64,000 nucleotides of DNA from positions 1 through 64,000 of the forward strand of contig JAUCBJ010008006.1 in the NCBI GenBank assembly GCA_032718475.1, given 5' to 3'. The position numbers were made by a program, and so were the translations under genes. Below are positions 14,052-25,870 of this stretch, piece after piece; positions within the stretch are counted from its first letter, which is position 1, and the number at the start of each line of letters is the position of its first letter. The stretch is from Nemertoderma westbladi (lineage: Eukaryota > Animalia > Xenacoelomorpha). Under the pieces are notes generated by a model, which was not told the DNA's origin, made no database searches, and worked only from the letters and a program-made list of their open reading frames with translations.

Positions 14052-17000
14052 TGCAGGTCCCTCCAACCAGCCGGCTGCCATAGAACAATCTCACACACAG
14101 AATGATCAGTTGCAGGTCACTCCAACCAGCCGGCTGCCATAGAACAATCTCACACACAGAATGATCAGTTGCAGGTCCCTCCAACCAGCCGGCTGCCATA
14201 GAACAATCTCACACACAGAATGATCAGTTGCAGGTCCCTCCAACCAGCCGGCTGCCATAGAACAATCTCACACACAGAATGATCAGTTGCAGGTCCCTCC
14301 AACCAGCCGGCTGCCATAGAACAATCTCACTCACAGAATGATCAGTTGAAGGTCCCTCCAACCATCCGGCTGCCATAGAACAATCTCACACACAGAATGA
14401 TCAGTTGAAGGTCCCTCCAACCATCCGGCTGCCATAGAACAATCTCACACACAGAATGATCAGTTGCAGGTCCCTCCAACCAGCCGGCAGCCATAGAACA
14501 ATCTCACACACAGAATGATCAGTTGCAGGTCCCTCCAACCAGCCGGCAGCCATAGAACAATCTCACACACAGAATGATCAGTTGCAGGTCCCTCCAACCA
14601 GCCGGCTGCCATAGAACAATCTCACACACAGAATGATCAGTTGCAGGTCCCTCCAACCAGCCGGCAGCCATAGAACAATCTCACACACAGAATGATCAGT
14701 TGCAGGTCCCTCCAACGAGCCGGCTGCCATAGAACAATCTCACACACAGAATGATCAGTTGCAGGTCCCTCCAACCAGCCGGCTGCCATAGAACAATCTC
14801 ACTCACAGAATGATCAGTTGAAGGTCCCTCCAACCATCCGGCTGCCATAGAACAATCTCACACACAGAATGATCAGTTGCAGGTCCCTCCAACCAGCCGG
14901 CAGCCATAGAACAATCTCACACACAGAATGATCAGTTGAAGGTCCCTCCAACCAGCCGGCTGCCATAGAACAATCTCACACACAGAATGATCAGTTGCAG
15001 GTCCCTCCAACCAGCCGGCTGCCATAGAACAATCTCACTCACAGAATGATCAGTTGAAGGTCCCTCCAACCATCCGGCTGCCATAGAACAATCTCACACA
15101 CAGAATGATCAGTTGAAGGTCCCTCCAACCAGCCGGCTGCCATAGAACAATCTCACATACAGAATGATCAGTTGCAGGTCCCTCCAACCAGCCGGCTGCC
15201 ATATAACAATCTCACACACAGAATGATCAGTTGCAGGTCCCTCCAACCAGCCGGCTGCCATAGAACAATCTCACACACAGAATGATCAGTTGCAGGTCCC
15301 TCCAACCAGCTGGCTGCCATAGAACAATCTCACACACAGAATGATCAGTTGCAGGTCCCTCCAACCAGCCGGCTGCCATAGAACAATCTCAAACACAGAA
15401 TGATCAGTTCAGGTCCCTCCAACCAGCCGGCAGCCATATAACAATCTCACACACAGAATGATCAGTTGCAGGTCCCTCCAACCAGCCGGCTGCCATAGAA
15501 CAATCTCACACACAGAATGATCAGTTGCACGTCCCTCCAACCAGCCGGCTGCCATATAACAATCTCACACACAGAATGATCAGTTGCAGGTCCCTCCAAC
15601 CAGCCGGCTGCCATAGAACAATCTCACACACAGAATGATCAGTTGCAGGTCCCTCCAACCAGCTGGCTTACATAGAACAATCTCACACACAGAATGATCA
15701 GTTGCAGGTCCCTCCAACCAGCCGGCTGCCATAGAACAATCTCACACACAGAATGATCAGTTGCAGGTCCCTCCAACCAGCTGGCTGCCATAGAACAATC
15801 TCACACACAGAATGATCAGTTGCAGGTCCCTCCAACCAGCCGGCTGCCATAGAACAATCTCACACACAGAATGATCAGTTGCAGGTCCCTCCAACCAGCC
15901 GGCTGCCATATAACAATCTCACACACAGAATGATCAGGTGCAGGTCCCTCCAACCAGCCGGCTGCCATAGAACAATCTCACACACAGAATGATCAGTTGC
16001 AGGTCCCTCCAACCAGCCGGCTGCCATAGAACAATCTCACACACAGAATGATCAGTTGCAGGTCCCTCCAACCAGCCGGCTGCCATAGAACAATCTCACA
16101 CACAGAATGATCAGTTGCAGGTCCCTCCAACCAGCCGGCAGCCATAGAACAATCTCACACACAGAATGATCAGTTGAAGGTCCCTCCAACCAGCCGGCTG
16201 CCATAGAACAATCTCACACACAGAATGATCAGTTGCAGGTCCCTCCAACCAGCCGGCTGCCATAGAACAATCTCACACACAGAATGATCAGTTGCAGGTC
16301 CCTCCAACCAGCCGGCTGCCATAGAACAATCTCACACACAGAATGATCAGTTGCAGGTCCCTCCAACCAGCCGGCAGCCATAGAACAATCTCACACACAG
16401 AATGATCAGTTGCAGGTCCCTCCAACCATCCGGCTGCCATAGAACAATCTCACACACAGAATGATCAGTTGCAGGTCCCTCCAACCAGCCGGCTGCCATA
16501 GAACAATCTCACACACAGAATGATCAGTTGCAGGTCCCTCCAACCAGCCGGCTGCCATAGAATAATCTCACACACAGAATGATCAGTTGCAGGTCCCTCC
16601 AACCATCCGGCTGCCATAGAACAATCTCACACACAGAATGATCAGTTGCAGGTCCCTCCAACCAGCCGGCTGCCATAGAATAATCTCACACACAGAATGA
16701 TCAGTTGAAGGTCCCTCCAACCAGCCGGCTGCCATAGAACAATCTCACACACAGAATGATCAGTTGCAGGTCCCTCCAACCAGCCGGCTGCCATAGAATA
16801 ATCTCACACACAGAATGATCAGTTGAAGGTCCCTCCAACCAGCCGGCTGCCATAGAACAATCTCACACACAGAATGATCAGTTGCAGGTCCCTCCAACCA
16901 GCCGGCTGCCATAGAACAATCTCACTCACAGAATGATCAGTTGAAGGTCCCTCCAACCATCCGGCTGCCATAGAACAATCTCACACACAGAATGATCAGT

Positions 17001-17850
17001 TGCAGGTCCCTCCAACCAGCCGGCTGCCATAGAACAATCTCACACACAGAATGATCAGTTGAAGGTCCCTCCAACCAGCCGGCTGCCATAGAATAATCTC
17101 ACACACAGAATGATCAGTTGCAGGTCCCTCCAACCAGCCGGCTGCCATAGACTAATCTCACACACAGAATGATCAGTTGCAGGTCCCTCCAACCAGCCGG
17201 CTGCCATAGAACAATCTCACACACAGAATGATCAGTTGCAGGTCCCTCCAACCAGCCGGCTGCCATAGAACAATCTCACACACAGAATGATCAGTTGAAC
17301 GTCCCTCCAACCAGCCGGCTGGCATAGAACAATCTCACACAGAGACTGATCAGTTGCAGGTTCCTCCAACCAGCCGGCTGCCATAGAACAATCTCACACA
17401 CAGAATGATCAGTTGCAGGTCCCTCCAACCAGCCGGCAGCCCTAGAACAATCTCACACACAGAATGATCAGTTGCAGGTCCCTCCAACCAGCCGGCTGCC
17501 ATAGAACAATCTCACACACAGAATGATCAGTTCAGGTCCCTCCAACCAGCCGGCTGCCATAGAACAATCTCACACACAGAATGATCAGTTGCAGGTCCCT
17601 CCAACCAGCCGGCTGCCATAGAACAATCTTACACACAGAATGATCAGTTGCAGGTCCCTCCAACCAGCCGGCTGCCATAGAACAATCTCACACACAGAAT
17701 GATCAGTTGCAGGTCCCTCCAACCAGCCGGCAGCCATAGAACAATCTCACACACAGAATGATCAGTTGAAGGTCCCTCCAACCAGCCGGCTGCCTCACAC
17801 ACAGAATGATCAGTTGCAGGTCCCTCCAACCAGCCGGCTGCCATAGAACA
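14052..17850. repeat. 59-bp tandem satellite (tgcaggtccctccaaccagccggctgccatagaacaatctcacacacagaatgatcagt), ~64 copies
   Basis: Directly visible 59-bp period, highly homogeneous. Confidence 0.99.
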
Positions 17851-18218
17851 AGCCTTACTTGTCTCGCCTATAGAGATCAGCGCAACACAAACTCTACCTA
17901 ATGTAACAATATAAAAAAATCCATATGTTATGCTATTGTACTCCCCGCTGCGTGTTCTATAACAACATAATAATAAAGCAATAAATATATAATATACATT
18001 TGTTATTGTAATATTTTGGAAGCCCTTGTGAAGTACTGATTAAGATTTACCACACGTGTAAGGTTTGGTTGATTGGCTGAGACGACAGCGCAAAATTATA
18101 CTGATTAGAGCCGCACTACATCCATCGCAGCCTAGGAGATACAACCCGGTGCGGTCGAACTATGCGAACTGTGGCTGGTGCTGGGATAGATCATAAATCC
18201 CGTAGACGACGAGGAATG

Positions 18219-19385
18219 TGTAAAAGCTTTTGCGGATATACTCAGTCCCCCTCGCCCGCAAGGTACCGTTATAGGTGTTTTAACGGACATAAAAGTCATT
18301 CTTCGATATGTGTGCTTTGGTGGACATGGTAAGGCAAAAAACCCGCAATACGTAAAATACCCTGGCACAGCTTAGCCTTGATGATTCAGATTACGACATC
18401 TAACAGCTGGTTGCTGACATGGAAACGGCCATTGGACACATGGTTCTTTGTTTAGCTTAACAGCCAATCAGAGCGATTTTTTCTGTCGATGTGGAGCTTT
18501 TTGGCAGATCATGCTAAGAGTGTTCAGTCTTACTGCTTTTTCTTGATACTGTTGTGTTGTTTCTATCTAGGCCAGGAACACCGGCTCTAGAGTCAACTCG
18601 TTTTCATACTTTAGAAGAAACATTAGTAGGCTTAAATTATAGAGCGTATAACTGTTATCTTATCTCAATTCATTCTTACATTATCGGTTCAACATACATT
18701 ATTATACTGCTGTTTACTGTTGTGTTTTGGTTGAATATTATTTGGAGAACATATATAAAGAACCCAAATTTCCCAATTTTCTTGATACACTACAGGTTAG
18801 AGAGACGGGTTATATATAGTGATTGCGACTTATATTATTGTTGTTTGTAGTGAATTTAATGCTATTTGATAAGCACTACATGAGTCCGTTGCTGTTCTCT
18901 TTATATATGATAAAATTCATTGACGGTCGGCAAATTAGTGAGCAGTATTGTGTGTTACCGGTAGTGTGCATGATTGTGACTGATAACTAAGCATTTCCTA
19001 AAGAATGCGCCTCATACGTGAATCATAAGCCTTACCGACTTACCGTTGTGATTAGTATAAGTCATATCTCTGTTTACCTAGATAGAGCGCCACGTCCTAA
19101 AGGAACTGTTAATATTTCCCGAAAGTGAATAATATTAGTCAGAAATTATTTATTAACGATCAATCGAATAATACAGTAAGCTTACACTGCAATAATAATC
19201 TAAGCCCTCAGAATCCAGTCTCCCGGGTATATCCAGCGGGTGAATGGACGCGCACTTGGCTGGCTTCTGCTAATGTTGTGTTTATTGGTATTAAATATTT
19301 GTCAACTTCTAAAGTCTATTGATAAACCAAAAGACATATAAATTTTGGCAGGTTAAACTGCTAAAGGTCTTCAAAAGCGCGTACA
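18219..19385 (+). repeat. 5' LTR
   Basis: TGTAAAAGC...GCGCGTACA. Matches 35349-36515 except three substitutions I spotted (18614, 18842, 19257). CCAAT box near 18464. Confidence 0.97.
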
Positions 19386-19450
19386 ATAACAGTTATTGTC
19401 TTTATTGCAGTAAGCAATAAAGTTGAAAGTACCGGTCGACCGGTAAACCT

Positions 19451-20330
19451 GAACCGGTACTTCTGTAGGTCTGTAGGCCCAACTGCCAGAACCGGTACTG
19501 CTGTAGGTCCGTAGGTCCAACTGTCAGAACCGGTACTTCTGTAGGTCCGTAGGCCCAACTGTCCTAACCGGTACTTCCAGTATAAGTACATTAATATTAT
19601 TCGATTTTGATTATTGTATACCGGTAGGTCTTAGTATTTAATCAGGGACTGCAGCCCTGGTTTTTTATTGAGACTTTACTTATTTCTGTCAGTTTTATTT
19701 CCTAGTAAGTTAATATTGAGCTGAAGACATGTAAGTCTGCTCAGATTGTTCAGATAATTGTAGGCCGGACTGTTGTCGGATTGTTGTTGGGTTTGGAGAG
19801 ATTACGGCGTGTGTAGAGTTTGTCCGATAGAGTGCCAGTTAGTAAGTTGGGGCAGCCATAGCTGTAAGGTCAATCCCCTCTTAAAGAATAAGTCGTACTA
19901 CCGTGTTAGAACGCATACTAACTAACCATTTTGGAATCTGCACATACTGTAGTTTATTTAGGCTTGACAGTATTCTGCCAGCGTTTTGGCCTGTGTTTGT
20001 TTGTGTGGTCTGTTCAGGTACCGTAATAGTTATTGCTCCGATATTTTGTAGGCTGGATTGTTGTCTAGCTATTATTAGGTCTGAAGAGATTGCTGCGTGT
20101 GTAGAGTTTGTCTGATAAAGTGCCAGTTAGTAAGTTGGGGCAGCCATAGCTGTAAGGTCAATCCCCTCTTAAAGAATAAGTCGTACTACCGTGTTAGAAC
20201 GCATACTAACTAACCATTTCGGAATCTACACATACGGTAGTTTATTTAGGCTTGGTGGTAGTCTGCCAGCGTTTGGTTTGTATTTTGTTTGAGTATTCTG
20301 TACGGGTAGCGTAATATTTATTATTCAGAG
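19451..20330 (+). repeat. Direct repeats in the long 5' leader of the retrotransposon (38-bp x ~3.5 at 19451-19580; ~250-bp duplication with 288-bp offset at 19797/20085)
   Basis: gaaccggtacttctgtaggtc...aactg units, and a duplicated block gcgtgtgtagagtttgtc...tttatttaggcttg. Confidence 0.85.
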
Positions 20331-21621
20331 TTTATGCGATTATTCGCAACATTCATGTCCCCAAGTTTATTCCTACAGTAATTGTGCTTGTTACACATAC
20401 CGTTATAGTTAAATTAACCCCGGTACTACACGGGCTGCTTGGTGTAGGAAAAGACTGGCGACTTTGTGCTTCGGTCACTCCAGCAGATGCCGTGGTTCTT
20501 TTAACTGTTCAAGTATATTTAACTACTGATTATTTGTTGTACCAGTACTTGTACCTAATTTAGGGTTTAGTGTACAGTACTTTCCGAAGGTAATTAGTGT
20601 GTAGGCAGTATATTTGTGTTGTAAAGTGGTTAATAGGCACGTTGGATCTGGTAGTCCGCGGTAATTAACTTCCAGGTAGGAACACTCCGTGATACATAAC
20701 GTAGTACCTATAGCGATACGGCTGTAGGTCGTCAGGCGGTGGTATTTTCCTATCTGGACAGTGCAATATATTTACTACTACTTATTATTTTCAAATACCG
20801 TAGTACCCTGTCCGTTGTAATAAACAGAATTCTAACCCTACGTTAGACTGGTTTGTAGACTTCCTGTAAAATTACCCTAAAATTTCGTACGTAATATTTT
20901 TGTTGTGTTTAATTAGAGAATTAATCTCACCCGTATCGTAAGTAATTTGTAGTATTAAGTAACTTAGGTAAATTAGAATAATCTGTTTTAGTGTCCCATA
21001 AGTAGCACTTCACTGAGAGCGCACAGCTTCTGTGTAGTGACTTCCCCAGAAATAATAACATTTATTTCAAATATTGACAAAACCCCTTTTAAACGGGTAT
21101 ATATCTATTATAAATCAACTCAAACGATTTATAAATAGTAGGCCTGCCATACAACAACTAGGTCTCAATATCAGTTGGACTACTGCTTAAATAGCGGTAA
21201 TAAAGTAAGTTAAAGTAACCAAGTAACCCTAAAATATTCAGAAATTCAATTATTCTAAAATAATTGACATACCGGTATTTACCATAGGCTTATTATATTT
21301 TTTTCTATAAATTTGGGCTGAAATCATACCGGTACTCTGTAATTAATTCTAGTTCATAATTATACTTATATATACTATAAGTGTAAGCTGTATACCGGTA
21401 TTCACGATAGGCCTATTATATATTTATATATATTTGTGCTAAATTTATATATCGGTACTCTGTGACAAAACTAGTTTACAATACTTATATATATTATAAG
21501 TGTATACCGGTATTCTAATATACTGCAATAAATTACCGGTACTAGGCCAACGGTCATACTGAATTAATAGACTTGCTTTAACTGTAACTATAGCAGTAGA
21601 CATTCAACTGTATAGCTAAAC

Positions 21622-24600
21622 ATGTCTGACACCCAGCAAAACCTGTCAGACAGTCTAATCGATACAACCATCTGTGACACAGATAGGAGTGTGGAGCGAT
21701 TAAGAAAGGAGTTCAGCTCACCTCCTACTGAAAGAAAGGTCATCCCTCCAGTAGTAGTATCAGACCCTAAGCTAATCCAACACCGTAGGTCTATCATCGG
21801 CACTCGGGCCCAAGTCAAACGGAACCAGGAAGCAGCTGTCCAACAGCAGCAACATCCTAGTCAAGAAACTTGTTCCCAGCGATCAGATAGCTCCAGTAGT
21901 TCGGATACTGTAGAGCTGACCCCCGAACGCGGATTGCAGATGGCGGCTACAGCCTACTCGGACCCCCTTCTCACCCTTCCTGCCGCAGTACTAACTACTA
22001 TATTGATTGCGGTGGAAGAACATCAAGCCGATTGGGCGAGAAGTATGAGAGCGACCCAAGATAATTATGCGGGATACGCCAGGGAAGAATTGATGTCTAT
22101 TGTCGAGTCACAACGGAACTTTCCCGGACCCGGACTCCCGTTAGATTTGTCCGAAGCTACTTGGGAAGATATACACAGGATGGGAGTGGCTAAAGATACG
22201 ATGGATCCAGCTGTTTGGAAGAGGTCGGCAGCAGGATATGTGCAGGGATTCTTCGGCTCCTTAGAGCGATTGGAAGAACAATTGTTTCGACAACCCCAAG
22301 GACCTCAAGAGCAGGAAGAGCTGCTTTATCAAGTACGTGAAAGAACCCTACGCATTAGACTAATCCTATCAGCCTTTGAGGAAACTTCCAAAAGAAGACA
22401 GGACACGTCGCTGCAGGTTGCTGTCAAAACTTGGTTCCAGCGGGTAGGTCTCAAAGTACAAGAAACGGACCAGTGGAAATCCCAGCTGTCTGAGAGACTA
22501 ACCTATGAAGAACCAACCGATGCCACCCTTTCTCAAGTGGAAGGCGAAGAGACCGCAGAGAGACCACGAACGAGAGACGCCATCGACATTTATCTGTCCG
22601 ACTATCAGCGATTCCTAGGAGACGAAGAGTTGAGGAGACGGCTGTCTGGACTTTCCCCTAATAGTGAAGGAACCCAGCGTGTGTTAGACTCAATCGATGC
22701 TGAAATGTTAGCTGCTAACCAAGCTGAATTTGATGAAAAACTCCGCCTCACTAGAGTCCAAGAAGAACAAGTAAAGAAAAAACGGATAGAGGACCGAAAG
22801 GCAGCTGCAGTAACAGCGGCAATGGCCGAAGTGGAAGCAGAAAGAAAGGCAGCGGCGGCAGAAGCAGAAGCAGAAAGAAAAGCAGCAAAGGCAGTGGCAG
22901 AAGCAGAACGGAGAGCCTCTGAGGAGACTACCCAACTGGAGTTGGAAAATCTGCAAGAGACGCAAGACAACATAAATAAACAGTTAACTGCTAGTCACAT
23001 GCAGATGATGAGAAGATCTACTCCCAAACGCCAGGGATATACGTCATCGGAGGAAAGCGAAACCACCGATCCTGAAGGCGGAGGAAATAGATCTCGTCTA
23101 AGCAGGCGTAGAAAAACATCTTACCGTCACAAATTGCCTGATTTGCCCCCAGTTGTGAGAAGGCAACTAGCTAGCACAGACTTAGGTAGAATAGAACCTA
23201 CAGACCAAATTATTAAGGTCAAAAAACTCCCTACTATAGTTGATGAGCCTGAAATAATTAGGCCTGTCGTTACCAAAGTCACTCCTGTGCTAGAGACCCC
23301 TGTACTTCCAGAGCTTAACTCTAAGTTCCCTTTACACAGTACTACACTGCCTGTACCCGGTAGAACAGTCCATGAGAATATCCCTGTCCTGGAAGCTGAG
23401 AGAGAAATCAAAGATTTGTCTCCCGTCGTCCCGCGTCAGCCCGCTACAATGTTGGCGACTCCCGCTTCGGCGGTCGAGTGGGTAGAGGAGGGACGGCGGG
23501 GGATGAATCTCCTGCTCGGACAGATGCAGGAGACTGTCCACCAACTTAAGGGAACAGTAAGGGAAGGTAGGGCAGAATTGCAAGAAGTGCAGCAAAGTAT
23601 CGCACTAGAACGCGACAAATTAGTCAACATACAAAAGGGCATACCAATACCCCCAGTAACATTGTGTCAACCTGTTAGGTCTGAAGTATTACATGCGCAA
23701 GGTGTGGAGCCTACACGCATCTATACTGCTAGTGAAGTAGAAACTCCTATAGCAAACCCTATTAAGGGTGATTATAAATCTGTTGTTAATGATATTCCCT
23801 ATAGACCTGATAATGATCCGAGAAATTTATATACTGATAATTCGATATTAAATAACACGATGGCCCAAGAAAGCTTTACGCGTCAGATGGCTAGAACAGA
23901 AGCCCGCCAAGCGGTCAAAGTGGGAGAGATCGTCAAATTCAATGGAGATGAGATGAAATGGTTACCTTTCAATGAATATTACAAAGACAGCATACAGAAC
24001 TCTGTACTATCTAACGGAGAGAAACTTAGGTTCCTTGGAAGGACCTCCCAAGTTAATGGCGTTAAAGTTTATTGGACATCCAGAAGGATTAAGACAAGTT
24101 TGGGATACATTAAACATCAGGTATGGTAACAAGGATAACATAGCTAAGTATTTGTATGCAAAATTAGTAGCCCCCCGAAACTTCCTTAGTAGCGGGATTA
24201 TAGAGTTTTCCGATGAGATTCACGAGATCTGTAGACAATTGGACTGGTTAGGTAAGTCTCATGAATATCAGAGTTCCATGGTTATTGGAGCCGTAGTCTC
24301 TACTTTACCAAAGGGTGGAGTATGTACACGCTGGGACAAGAAAGTGTTGTACATGAATGAACAACAACGACGAAGCCCTACCATGGCTGATCTCATGTCC
24401 TTCTTAGATGGTGAAGTAAAACTACAACTCATCAAGCAGTCCAGAGAGAAAACATCGGAAAATAAGGTAAGTGAGAAACCCGCTTCTAGGAGAAGAGTAA
24501 CACCGGTGTGTTACACTGACGACGGCGAAAGCCAAGCTTCTCAAGAAGAGGACAGCGGGAAAGACACTGATCGATCTTACTATGTTGGCAAAACCTCAAA

Positions 24601-25870
24601 AGACGTAAGTAAATACAAAGCTCGAACCAACGATAGGAGAGAACAGGTTGCCAAGACCCCTCCTCAGTCCCCTAACAGAATGCACGTAAGAAAGCCCGAA
24701 CAAAGAACGAGAGTGCATCAGGTTACCCAAGGTAAAGTGAGTAACATAAAACCTAACTGTGCGCTGTGCGACGGTACCCACCGTTTGAGTGCGTGTGCTG
24801 AATTTCTAAAGAAATCCCTTGTAGACAGACGTGCAGTCGTATGGGATAAGCGGTTATGCTATAATTGCCTCAGACCAGGACACCAACGGCGAACCTGTTA
24901 CTCCGACGTAAAGTGTGCAAAGTGTAGCGCGAAACATCACATCTTGTTACACAGTGAGTTCGACCGAGACAACCCGAGTCAGGTAAGTGAGCCCGAACTA
25001 CATGTCCAATTCAGTGATGTAAACGACACTGATCAAGAATCTGAGATGGAAGGATTCTATACTGACGAATTCTCCGACGCTAACGAATCCTGTTATCTAA
25101 TCAATACCGCAGTGTATCGAGCACTTACTTATGAAAAGGACACCAACAATGAGTTTCCCCCAACTACTTTTGCCAAACAACCATCTTGGAAAGCTCCAAC
25201 TTCCAACGTAGGAATCAGAGAATTTCCTGTAGTGCAGGTAAGAGTTCACGGTCCTAACCACAGTTACATAGTGAACGCACTCCTTGACTCCGGCAGCACA
25301 GGAACATTCATCGATCAAGAATTAGCCGAAGATATCTTTGCTGGACAACCCAAATTCCGGACTAAATTGAATATGTCAGGAATTATGCAGGTTTGGAAAT
25401 CTACCCTAACGGCAGATTACTATGTAGGTGTGTTGTCCACCCCCCAGGATAAATTAGGAGTACAAGGTATAAGGTCGGTAAAAATGGTGGCTATAAAGAA
25501 CTTCGCTACTACTCAGGCAGACCTTTATAATTGGGACGAGGATGAGAGTATCCAACATCTTAAGATACCTCGATTCCAGACAGATTATCCTGGAGTGCAA
25601 ATACTCATCGGCCAAAACGCGCATGAGGCGCTCGAAACATTGGAGAAACGGCCTGCTCAACCGCAGCCACTGCAAACCTATGCGGTTAGAACTAGAGTAG
25701 GTTGGTACTTTACTGGCCCTTCCCGCAGGACTCTCGAAGAGAGAATGCCACAAGAACGAATATACCAAGTAAACGATTGGGAAGTGGAGAGCAGTGAGGT
25801 GGACGAACTAGCTGAGGAAACACCACACAAAGAGCCAAGCAAATCCAGGAAACAACTACACGTTTTTTAA
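21622..25870 (+). pseudogene. gag: BEL/Pao gag and aspartic protease, frameshifted near 24040
   Basis: Long coiled-coil-like N-terminus, then KFNGDEMKWLPF...LSNGEKLRFL / LEGPPK (BEL gag core split across two frames), knuckles CALCDGTHRLSAC, CYNCLRPGHQRRTC and CAKCSAKHHILLH, and protease ALLDSGSTGTFI. Confidence 0.9.

Noticed and set aside
1451-17850. CRISPR-like arrays
   Set aside because: The repeats are head-to-tail with no unique spacers, there are no cas genes, and the context is eukaryotic.
18132-19322. Small ORFs in the LTRs (also 35163-36452)
   Set aside because: Short, mostly non-ATG starts and no motifs; duplicated only because the LTRs are.
23972-24129. Programmed gag-pol ribosomal frameshift
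   Set aside because: The shift falls inside the conserved gag core with residues apparently missing, no slippery heptamer is evident, and BEL elements usually have one ORF. A small deletion is more likely.
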